32,308 bases of DNA, taken from IMG/VR virus record IMGVR_UViG_3300005512_000191, positions 1 to 32,308 of that record. One strand, written 5' to 3'. This DNA is from a virus. Taxonomy: Duplodnaviria > Caudoviricetes. Below are positions 6,836 through 14,143 of the stretch, piece by piece; positions within the stretch are counted from its first letter, which is position 1, and each line of letters opens with the position of its first letter. The notes below the pieces were generated by a model that worked only from the letters and a program-made list of their open reading frames with translations, was not told the origin of the DNA and did no database searches. The position numbers were made by a program, and so were the translations under genes.

Positions 6836-7623
6836 TGGCGACCTCAATGCAGCCGCAACGCGTAGCCACACTGATGCATCAGCTCAAGGGTGCGCCCTTG
6901 AGCTGTCTTATTGTGCTGGGCTATTTCAACCGGGCCATGGGGCGCGATGAGCTGGCGATGATGACCGGCTACTCACCCGCGACCGTGTCCAAGGGGTTGG
7001 ACAAGCTCTCCTTCCTGGGGCTGGCACAGCAGCATACACGCTACACAGGCTGGATGCTGACGACGCAGGCGCGACAGTTGCCCCTGCTGAGTGCGGGCCG
7101 TGAGGGCGTACAGGCCATCGAGGCAGAGGCTGCAGAGCCGGCGACAGAGCCGGACGCGGACCTCGGCAGCGATGCGGGAGGTATAAAAAATTTATACCTC
7201 CGTAGTAGTAGTTGTTCTGTAGATTCTGATGTTGACGTTGTCGTTGATGTTTCCGGAAACAACAACTACTACAGCGAGGTGCAAAATTCACACCTCGATC
7301 TCGACGCAGAAAACGCTGTAGCGGCTTTGTTGTCCACGGGGATGCCGGCAACTTCCCCCAGGAAGCGCAGCGGGGCCCGTGATGCGGTGCGCGCTGCGCT
7401 GGCCGGGGGCTGGACGGGGCGCGAGGTGCTCGATGCGGTCCGGGGATGGTTGGCGTACGCGGAGACCGCTGCCGGCAAGGGCATCCAGCATAAGGGCTTT
7501 TTCACGGCATCCAAGATCCGGGGATTGGCTGAGGCACCGGAGATCGCGCCGGAGGTGCTGTCACGCGATGAGCGGGCGCGGCGCTATGTGGCGGATGCCT
7601 ATGATCGTGTGGTGCAGCGCTGA
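6835..7623 (+). CDS. Putative replication initiator (N-terminal winged HTH)
   Basis: GRDELAMMTGYSPATVSKGLDKLSFLGL wHTH; AT-richer low-complexity middle with inverted repeats, as in lambda O-type initiators. Confidence 0.65.
   Translation: MATSMQPQRVATLMHQLKGAPLSCLIVLGYFNRAMGRDELAMMTGYSPATVSKGLDKLSFLGLAQQHTRYTGWMLTTQARQLPLLSAGREGVQAIEAEAAEPATEPDADLGSDAGGIKNLYLRSSSCSVDSDVDVVVDVSGNNNYYSEVQNSHLDLDAENAVAALLSTGMPATSPRKRSGARDAVRAALAGGWTGREVLDAVRGWLAYAETAAGKGIQHKGFFTASKIRGLAEAPEIAPEVLSRDERARRYVADAYDRVVQR
7178..7296. other. Putative replication origin inside the initiator gene
   Basis: GAGGTATAAA-AAA-TTTATACCTC (7178-7200), GTAGTAGTTGTT/AACAACTACTAC (7205-7216/7261-7272), GAGGTG-N9-CACCTC (7276-7296). 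Confidence 0.5.
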
Positions 7624-7931
7624 TGCATACGCGGGCGGAGATCAGGGAGTTGTTGGAGACGGGGACGGTGCGGAGGACGAAAGTCCGAAGTCAAAAGTCA
7701 AAAGTCGAAAGTCAAAAGCCAGAAGTGGAAACGTTACCACGTGCGACGCGGGCGGTGCGGGTGGTAAGCGGACGGCATCGTGATCGCGTGGCCTACCTGG
7801 TGATCCCGGAGCGTGTGGCGGGTGAGGTGATCGCGACGGGAACATTGCAGGTGTTAGCCGGGATCGAGGGCGTGATGCGGTCGCCTTATCTGCCGGCAGG
7901 GTGCGCGGTGGTGCGCACGATACAGGACTAG
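7623..7931 (+). CDS. Hypothetical protein containing a heptamer-repeat tract
   Basis: TGATG coupling; KVRSQKSKVESQK encoded by AAAGTCA-type repeats. Confidence 0.6.
   Translation: MHTRAEIRELLETGTVRRTKVRSQKSKVESQKPEVETLPRATRAVRVVSGRHRDRVAYLVIPERVAGEVIATGTLQVLAGIEGVMRSPYLPAGCAVVRTIQD
7680..7728 (+). repeat. Degenerate heptamer tandem repeat (7 units, consensus AAAGTCA)
   Basis: aaagtcc gaagtca aaagtca aaagtcg aaagtca aaagcca gaagtgg. Confidence 0.85.
7725..7740. promoter_or_regulatory. 16-bp imperfect palindrome, parS-like copy 2
   Basis: GTGGAAACGTTACCAC, identical to 9358-9373. Confidence 0.6.
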
Positions 7932-7942
7932 GGAGGATGACG

Positions 7943-8281
7943 ATGGATCCGGTAGCCCAGTTGCATTTTGAGTTTCTGCCGATCGTGCAGCCCCAGGACG
8001 TGGGAGAGACGATCGAGGAGCAGTTCCAGGCGTTCCACGAAGCAAACCCGCACGTGTTCAAGCTGCTGCGGGCTCTGGCGCTGGACTACCGGCGCAGCGG
8101 ACACACGCACTGCGGCATGAAGATGCTCTATGAGGTGCTGCGCTATCGCAGCGGGTTGTATACGCAGGGCGATCCCTACCGGCTGAACAACAATTTTACG
8201 GCGCTGTATGCGCGGATGTTGATGGAGACCACGCCGGCGTTAGCCGGTTTCTTCGAGCTGCGCGAGCGGAGGGCTGAGTGA
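7943..8281 (+). CDS. Phage hypothetical protein (FHEANPHV...LNNNF..YAR..FFELR type)
   Basis: GGAGG RBS; motif pattern recalled from widespread phage early proteins of unknown function. Confidence 0.75.
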   Translation: MDPVAQLHFEFLPIVQPQDVGETIEEQFQAFHEANPHVFKLLRALALDYRRSGHTHCGMKMLYEVLRYRSGLYTQGDPYRLNNNFTALYARMLMETTPALAGFFELRERRAE

Positions 8282-8565
8282 TGGCCACAGCAGCTCAGGA
8301 GCGACGCGACACGCACACGCGGCGTGTATGCCGGGTGAACCAGGCGAAGTTGGCGCTGGCCGCGGGGACGACAAAGCCGCTACGCGCGGAGACGGCGGTG
8401 GAGATCGCCGAGCTGCTGAATACGCTGATCGCGGTGGATGCACGGTATTTCCGACTTTTGGAACTGGCCTGCCGGCTGCACGAGGCGCGCGAGAAGTGCA
8501 ACGCGGTGGACCTATGGCGCGCGATCTCGGCGGTCGCGCAGGCGGCGACGGAGCGTGTGAGATGA
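8278..8565 (+). CDS. Hypothetical protein
   Basis: Overlapping start/stop codons with both neighbours. Confidence 0.6.
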   Translation: MMATAAQERRDTHTRRVCRVNQAKLALAAGTTKPLRAETAVEIAELLNTLIAVDARYFRLLELACRLHEAREKCNAVDLWRAISAVAQAATERVR

Positions 8566-9641
8566 CAGAGACGCGGGAGTTGTTGATTGAGGATATCCAG
8601 CGCACCTATGACCTGCAGCCGCGGGTGACGATGAACGACGCCACGGTGCGCGACTACTATCACGCGATGATCGAGGGGGACACCTTCCCACCGGTCATCG
8701 CCTTTTTCGATGGACACGACTACTGGCTGGCCGACGGCTGGCACCGGGTAGAGGCGACCATCCGCTGGGGCCGGGTGATGGTTCAGGCCGAGATCCGCCC
8801 GGGGACCAAGCGCGACGCCATCATCTACAGCACGGCAGCCAACGCAACGCACGGCCTACCGCGTTCGCGTGCGGACAAGCGCAAGGCGGTGCTCACGCTC
8901 CTCGAAGATGCGGAGTGGTCGCAGTGGAGTGACCGCGAGATCGCGCGGCGCTGTCACGTGAGCCACCCCTTTGTGGCCAAGGTGCGTGCTGAGCGGCTGG
9001 AGCTGCACGAGGCTGTGCGCACAGAAGCACCTGAGGCTGAGCACACCCCACGGCCAGAGCCCAAGGCCGTGTATTGCGGGCCGGTTGTGCCTGAGCCGGT
9101 GACGCTGCCGGCGGTCGAATTGGAAGAAGAGCTTGGCGAGGTTGGATGGGCAGAAGCTGAGGAGACGGAGACGGCAGAGACGATCACTGACTTGGCGCGC
9201 CGGCTCCTCGAAGAGATTGCAGGCATTTTGGGAACGGTTGAACTGTCCGCGCTTCCTGAGAGTGTAACTGCCGCGCTGGAGTCGGCAATGAAGTTGGCCT
9301 ATGAACTTGTGACGATCAGTGTGGATGACGCGCCCGACGAGGTTGAGCAAGGCGACAGTGGAAACGTTACCACCCCAACGGCTGAAGTTGCGGAGGCCAC
9401 CACCCCGGAGCCTGAACCACAGACAACAGCTGAGCCGGAGCCAGAGACAGTGGAGGAGCCTATAGAGGCCGAACCCACGGCCCCTTTCGCGGTGGGGTCC
9501 TTCGTGCGCTGGGGAGAGACCGCGGAGGAGTACGGCGAGGTGATGAACTGGTCGGCCAACGGGCGCGTTGCGTTCATCAGACTGCCCGACGGCAAGGGCA
9601 CGTCGCTGCCGGCGTTCCGGCTGACGGGGGTGTCTGCGTGA
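8562..9641 (+). CDS. ParB-like protein (ParB N-terminal domain, HTH, acidic linker, small beta-rich C-terminal domain)
   Basis: LQPR...FPPVIAFFDGHDYWLADGWHRVEA (GxxR box); WSDREIARRCHVSHPFVAKVR HTH; ATGA coupling supports start 8562. Confidence 0.85.
   Translation: MTETRELLIEDIQRTYDLQPRVTMNDATVRDYYHAMIEGDTFPPVIAFFDGHDYWLADGWHRVEATIRWGRVMVQAEIRPGTKRDAIIYSTAANATHGLPRSRADKRKAVLTLLEDAEWSQWSDREIARRCHVSHPFVAKVRAERLELHEAVRTEAPEAEHTPRPEPKAVYCGPVVPEPVTLPAVELEEELGEVGWAEAEETETAETITDLARRLLEEIAGILGTVELSALPESVTAALESAMKLAYELVTISVDDAPDEVEQGDSGNVTTPTAEVAEATTPEPEPQTTAEPEPETVEEPIEAEPTAPFAVGSFVRWGETAEEYGEVMNWSANGRVAFIRLPDGKGTSLPAFRLTGVSA
9358..9373. promoter_or_regulatory. 16-bp imperfect palindrome, parS-like copy 3 (inside the parB-like gene)
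   Basis: GTGGAAACGTTACCAC. Confidence 0.6.
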
Positions 9642-9892
9642 GTGTGATCGATGCAGGCGCGGCGCTGCCGCTATATACGTTCATCGGGACGAAGTACGTG
9701 CAGACTGTGGCGAAGCCCGGCCCACGGTGGCCCAAATGCAAGGACTGCCCGTACCTGGAGGGCTGCACAAGGGACGTGTTGGAGCGTGATGGGTTCGCGT
9801 GGTGTGAGGATGTGATCCGCGTGGATCTGGATCCTGGGTACAAAGAGCCGGGTAAGATGCGCCAAACAGCGCGCCATCTAGGTGGAAGGTGA
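9638..9892 (+). CDS. Small Cys-rich hypothetical protein
   Basis: GTGA overlap; CKDCPYLEGC...WCE. Confidence 0.6.
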   Translation: MSVIDAGAALPLYTFIGTKYVQTVAKPGPRWPKCKDCPYLEGCTRDVLERDGFAWCEDVIRVDLDPGYKEPGKMRQTARHLGGR

Positions 9893-9899
9893 GGTAACG

Positions 9900-10121
9900 A
9901 TGAAAAACAAGTGGATCGTCGAAGTCGTGTTGGTCCTGGCTATCTTCCTGTTCCTGTGCCTGATCGCGACGGCGTTTGTCGAGAGCCTTGCACAGGAGAA
10001 CACCTGCTGGCGCAACGGATATGCACGTCCGGTGACCTATGATGGTGAGCACTGGTACTGCTTCGGGCGCGATGGACGGCCCGATCTGGTTGCGCTGGAT
10101 ACATTGCAGGAGTCACGATGA
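9900..10121 (+). CDS. Small membrane-anchored protein
   Basis: GAGGT RBS; MKNKW plus hydrophobic helix; two Cys in the soluble part. Confidence 0.65.
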   Translation: MKNKWIVEVVLVLAIFLFLCLIATAFVESLAQENTCWRNGYARPVTYDGEHWYCFGRDGRPDLVALDTLQESR

Positions 10122-10591
10122 GCTATTGGGATACGTTGGATAAAGAGCGTGCTATCCAGGCTGTACAGACGTGCGGTGGCGACCTCTCTGTACGCACGCT
10201 GCGTACCCTGGGACTGAGCTCCAATGAGGCGGTGACGCTGGGCCAGGTCCTGGAGAGCCTGGGCGCGGTCGAACGCGTCGGCCCACGTAGGTGCCGCGTG
10301 CTGGCGTGGGCCGCCATCGATGTGGTGGCGGCATTGGAGGGCATGCGCGACTATATCGAGCGGCCCTCGGTCGAGGCAGAGCCTGAAGGAGACTACACCG
10401 TGGTGCACGATCCTCACGGGTTGCTCCCCGTAGGCGAGACCTTCACACGCGCGTACATGCAGAGCCTGCTCACGTCACAGTTCGATGCCGCGGACGGATT
10501 AGAGGTGGAGGCGGACGGCAGGCGCTACCGCCTCTACCAGGGCGTGTTGTACACGCTGACTGCCAACGGACGGATGATATCGCCAGGATAG
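10118..10591 (+). CDS. Hypothetical protein, possible N-terminal wHTH
   Basis: ATGA overlap, AGGAG RBS; last gene before the late promoter. Confidence 0.65.
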   Translation: MSYWDTLDKERAIQAVQTCGGDLSVRTLRTLGLSSNEAVTLGQVLESLGAVERVGPRRCRVLAWAAIDVVAALEGMRDYIERPSVEAEPEGDYTVVHDPHGLLPVGETFTRAYMQSLLTSQFDAADGLEVEADGRRYRLYQGVLYTLTANGRMISPG

Positions 10592-10601
10592 TCAGCGAAC
10601 C

Positions 10602-10631
10602 TTGCTTTTAGAACATGAGTTCTTATATAAT
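10602..10631 (+). promoter_or_regulatory. sigma70-type late-operon promoter with LexA (Cheo) box in the spacer
   Basis: TTGCTT(10602-10607)-N18-TATAAT(10626-10631); GAAC-ATGA-GTTC at 10611-10622. Confidence 0.7.
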
Positions 10632-10668
10632 GGGGATATATGACGTATAGTGTCATATATCCCCATTA
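10628..10668. repeat. Perfect inverted repeat, 17-bp arms, 7-bp spacer
   Basis: TAATGGGGATATATGAC-GTATAGT-GTCATATATCCCCATTA. Confidence 0.95.
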
Positions 10669-10686
10669 CGTGTGTTGAGGTAGCGT

Positions 10687-11115
10687 ATGACAGAACAAGA
10701 GTTGGCAATCGTTCAGAAGATGGTCCTCGTTCTCATTCAAGTGTGCATTCCTCCGCTCCTCGCCTGGGCGATCGCTGAGGCCAAGCGGCGCGTTGAGCAA
10801 CTGCGCAAGCAGGAGCAGTGGCGGCAGGTCTTTTGGGCGGTTGAGTCGGCTGTGGCTGCGGCTGAGCAACTTGGGCTGACCAATCAGCTCTCCGCGTATG
10901 GCGAGAGCAAACTCGATGTGGCGCTTCGGTTCGTTGAGGCGCAACTCACAGCAGCCGGCGTGCCGCTGGATATGGACGAATACGCCGACGCGATCCGCGC
11001 AATGATCGAGGCCGAGGTGGTGAACCAGTTTCCACCGGCGCCCGACGCCCGTAGCTGGATCGAGGAAGACGGCGACGGTGGGCGCATGAGCCATAGCATG
11101 ATCCTAGGCGGATAG
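10687..11115 (+). CDS. Holin-like protein (LL-H family-like)
   Basis: One N-terminal TM then AVESAVAAAEQL...GESKLDVALRFVEAQL...IRAMIEAEV. Confidence 0.7.
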   Translation: MTEQELAIVQKMVLVLIQVCIPPLLAWAIAEAKRRVEQLRKQEQWRQVFWAVESAVAAAEQLGLTNQLSAYGESKLDVALRFVEAQLTAAGVPLDMDEYADAIRAMIEAEVVNQFPPAPDARSWIEEDGDGGRMSHSMILGG

Positions 11116-11122
11116 GCCCACG

Positions 11123-11338
11123 ATGACAGTCGACGCCATCATGAGCATCATCCTCGAACAGGCTACACCGGTTGCACTGGCTATATTCGCGATGTGGATG
11201 TTGGACAGAGTTTGGAATGCACGCCTCGCCGAGGCCACACGTCACGCACAGGAGATCGACGAAATGCGCCGTGAGACATTGCAGGCACTGCAGGCAAATA
11301 CGGAAGCCGTCACCCGGCTATGCGAGCGGGAGCGGTAG
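11123..11338 (+). CDS. Small holin-like membrane protein (TM plus coiled coil)
   Basis: 71 aa, N-terminal TM, coiled coil ending ANTEAVTRL. Confidence 0.55.
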   Translation: MTVDAIMSIILEQATPVALAIFAMWMLDRVWNARLAEATRHAQEIDEMRRETLQALQANTEAVTRLCERER

Positions 11339-11339
11339 T

Positions 11340-11711
11340 ATGCCCCACCGGGCTGCCCATCCGTGTGCGCATCCAGGATGCCCGGCACTTGTGTCCGATC
11401 CTGGCCGGCGTTACTGCGAGGTGCACCAACAGGAACACCGGCAGGCATACGACCGCAGTCGCGGGTCATCGTCGTCCAGGGGCTACGGATCGCGGTGGCG
11501 CCGGCTGCGCAAGCTGATCCTGGCGCGTGATCCCATTTGCGTGGACCCCTATGGTGTGCACGCAGCGCGGGGCGAGGTTGTGCAAGCAACCGACGTAGAT
11601 CACATCGTATCCAAGCGGCGCGGCGGAACAGATGATACCGATAACCTGCAAGGCTTATGCCACGCCTGTCATAGTCGGAAAACTGCTGATGAAGACGCGC
11701 GATGGGGGTAG
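11340..11711 (+). CDS. Packaging-associated HNH endonuclease (HK97 gp74-like)
   Basis: PCAHPGCP...YCEVH, RGYGSRWRRLR, VDHIVSKRRGGTDDTDNLQGLCHACHSRKT; immediately upstream of terS. Confidence 0.93.
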   Translation: MPHRAAHPCAHPGCPALVSDPGRRYCEVHQQEHRQAYDRSRGSSSSRGYGSRWRRLRKLILARDPICVDPYGVHAARGEVVQATDVDHIVSKRRGGTDDTDNLQGLCHACHSRKTADEDARWG

Positions 11712-11800
11712 GGGGGTGTCAATCGCTAGGGCCTTTGATTGTAGAGACCGGCGGTGTGGCTTCGCTCTCACACTCGCGAAATTGCACCCTGAGGGGGTTT
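11700..11800. other. Probable cos region
   Basis: Intergenic HNH-terS position with G-run...GACCG...CGCGAAATT context typical of cos phages with P27-type TerS; exact cut site not determinable. Confidence 0.5.
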
Positions 11801-11805
11801 GAGGC

Positions 11806-12291
11806 GTGCGGGGACGAAAACCGAAGCCCACAGCGCTGAAAAAGCTCTCGGGCAACCCCGGACACAGGCCGTTGAACGAGAACGAGCCGCAACCGGAGGG
11901 GCCCGATAAGCTGCCGTACGCGCCGCGACACCTCAACGCGGATGCCGCCAAGGAGTGGCGGCGTATGGTCAAGATTTTGGCCTCGATGGGGTTGTACACG
12001 GAGGCCGACCGCGTGGCGTTGGAGATGTACTGCCAGAGTTACGGCAATTGGCTGCAGGCTGAGCGCGGACTCACGGAGAAGGGGCACGTGCTGATCAGCA
12101 CGGAGAGCGGGAACTATTACCAGAACCCCTGGTATTCGGTCGTGAACCGCGAATGGGACAAGCTGCGGCGCATGTTGGCGGAGTTTGGGTTGACGCCCTC
12201 CTCACGATCACGCTTGACGGTCGATGAACCCGAGGAACGCGACGAACTAGCGGAGCTGCTGTTTAGACGACGCACTGAGGTCAAAAGTTGA
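11806..12291 (+). CDS. terS: Terminase small subunit, P27 family
   Basis: GRKPKPTALKKLSGNPGHRPLN...AEFGLTPSSRSRL. Confidence 0.95.
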   Translation: MRGRKPKPTALKKLSGNPGHRPLNENEPQPEGPDKLPYAPRHLNADAAKEWRRMVKILASMGLYTEADRVALEMYCQSYGNWLQAERGLTEKGHVLISTESGNYYQNPWYSVVNREWDKLRRMLAEFGLTPSSRSRLTVDEPEERDELAELLFRRRTEVKS

Positions 12292-13970
12292 GCCAGTACC
12301 CAGCCGAAGCTATTGTGCAGGACTACATCGACGGCGTCATCGCCGGCGATATTCCGGCGTGTAAGTGGGTGAAATTGGCGTGCCGGCGCCATCTGCGCGA
12401 CCTCAACACCGGACACGAGCGGGGACTATGGTTTGACCGCGATGCCGGGCAGCTGGTGATTGATTTCTTCTCATTGTTGAAGCACTCGAAGGGCGAGTGG
12501 GCCGGCAGGACATTGGAGCTGGAGCCCTGGCAACAGTTCATCCTCTGGACACTCTTCGGATGGAAGCGTAACGACGGAAACCGGCGCTTCAGAACCGCTT
12601 ATTTGGAGATCCCGCGCAAAAACGGCAAAAGCACGATCGCCAGCGGTGTGGGGCTTTATCTGCTGGTCGCCGACGGGGAACCCGGCGCCGAGATCTACAG
12701 CGCCGCGACCAAGAAAGACCAGGCGCGCATCACCCACTCTGAGGCCACGCGCATGGTCAAGGGATCGGCGCCGCTGCGTAAGCGCGTGACCGTCTTCCGT
12801 GACAATCTGCATATTGAGGGCACCGCGGCCAAGTTCGAGCCGCTGGGACGCGACACGGACAGCATGGACGGTCTGAACGTCCACGGCGGCATCGTGGATG
12901 AGGTGCACGCACACAAGACGCCGGATCTGTGGGACCTATTGGAGACGGCCACCGGTTCCCGCCGGCAGCCGTTGATGTTCGCCATCACCACAGCCGGGTA
13001 TGACCGCAAGTCGCTGTGCTATCAGCAGCACGAATACACCACCAAGGTGCTCGACGGGGTTGTCGAGGATGACTCGTGGTTCGGGCTGATCTTCACTGTC
13101 GACAAAGACGACGATTGGCAGGATGAGCGGACGTGGTGCAAGGCCAACCCGAACCTCAACGTGAGCAAGAAGCTGGACGATATGCGCCGGCTTGCCGCGC
13201 GCTCCAAGGAGATGCCCAGCCGGCTCAATGCCTTCCTGCGGCTGCACCTGAACATCTGGACGCAGGCGGAGACCAAGTGGGTGCCGTTGGAACACTGGCG
13301 CGCTTGTGGCAGCGCGGTGGATGCGGATGGGCTGCGGGGACGGACGTGCTATGGCGGTCTGGACCTCTCCAGCACGACGGATATCAGCGCGCTGGTGCTG
13401 GTCTTCCCGCCGATGGATGAGGCGGACCCCTACCAGGTATTGTGCCGCTTCTGGATCCCGGATGAGTCGATGCGCGAACGCAGCCGGCGGGACCGCGTCC
13501 CCTATGAGGATTGGGTGCGTCGCGGCTTTGTGACCGCCACGCCGGGCAATGTGATCGACTATGACTGGATCGTGAGTCAGATCGACGCGGATGCACAGGC
13601 GTACGATCTGAAGGAGATCGCCTTCGATCGCTGGGGCGCCACGAAGATCCAGACACAGTTGATGGAGCTGGGCGGCGATGAATTTATGGTGGGCTTCGGT
13701 CAGGGCTATCGCTCGATGAGCCCGCCCATGAAGGACCTGGAGAAGCTCATTCTATCGCACCAGATCGCGCACGGTAACAATCCCGTGCTGACGTGGATGG
13801 CCGACAACCTGGTCGCAGTCGAGGACCCTGCCGGCAATATCAAGCCGGACAAACAAAAGAGTCTGGAGCGCATCGACGGTATGGTCTCGCTGATTATGGC
13901 GCTCGATCGCGCCCAGCGATGTACCAACAACGATAGCGTCTATGAGGAACGGGGGTTGCTGGAGTTATGA
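12288..13970 (+). CDS. terL: Terminase large subunit
   Basis: Walker A IPRKNGKST, Walker B IVDEVH, ITTAG, nuclease GGLDLSSTTD and IDGMVSLIMA. Confidence 0.97.
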   Translation: MSQYPAEAIVQDYIDGVIAGDIPACKWVKLACRRHLRDLNTGHERGLWFDRDAGQLVIDFFSLLKHSKGEWAGRTLELEPWQQFILWTLFGWKRNDGNRRFRTAYLEIPRKNGKSTIASGVGLYLLVADGEPGAEIYSAATKKDQARITHSEATRMVKGSAPLRKRVTVFRDNLHIEGTAAKFEPLGRDTDSMDGLNVHGGIVDEVHAHKTPDLWDLLETATGSRRQPLMFAITTAGYDRKSLCYQQHEYTTKVLDGVVEDDSWFGLIFTVDKDDDWQDERTWCKANPNLNVSKKLDDMRRLAARSKEMPSRLNAFLRLHLNIWTQAETKWVPLEHWRACGSAVDADGLRGRTCYGGLDLSSTTDISALVLVFPPMDEADPYQVLCRFWIPDESMRERSRRDRVPYEDWVRRGFVTATPGNVIDYDWIVSQIDADAQAYDLKEIAFDRWGATKIQTQLMELGGDEFMVGFGQGYRSMSPPMKDLEKLILSHQIAHGNNPVLTWMADNLVAVEDPAGNIKPDKQKSLERIDGMVSLIMALDRAQRCTNNDSVYEERGLLEL

Positions 13971-14143
13971 AAGCGTTGCTGCAGACGGTGGATATGAGCG
14001 ACGTGCTAGTGGTGGCCGGCCTCCTGTGCCTGTTCTATGGCGTGCGGCTGCTGAGCGCGGCGGCTGCGTGGATCACAGTCGGTGTGGTGCTGCTGGCACT
14101 GGGCACAGCCGGCGCACTGCGCAAGGCACGAGGTGCCCGGTGA
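13967..14143 (+). CDS. Small 2-TM protein between terL and portal (58 aa, not in the ORF track)
   Basis: MKALLQTVDMSDVLVVAGLLCLFYGVRLLSAAAAWITVGVVLLALGTAGALRKARGAR; overlaps both neighbours. Confidence 0.75.
   Translation: MKALLQTVDMSDVLVVAGLLCLFYGVRLLSAAAAWITVGVVLLALGTAGALRKARGAR

Noticed and set aside
10628-10668. Protelomerase telomere site or intrinsic terminator
   Set aside because: Has an asymmetric spacer and no protelomerase gene is visible; no U-tract and it overlaps a -10 element
13942-14139. N-terminal extension of portal in the ORF track (likewise 8328-8561 for ParB, 11172-11339 for HNH, 19959-20369 for head closure)
   Set aside because: These overlap genuine upstream genes; coupled starts with RBS lie downstream
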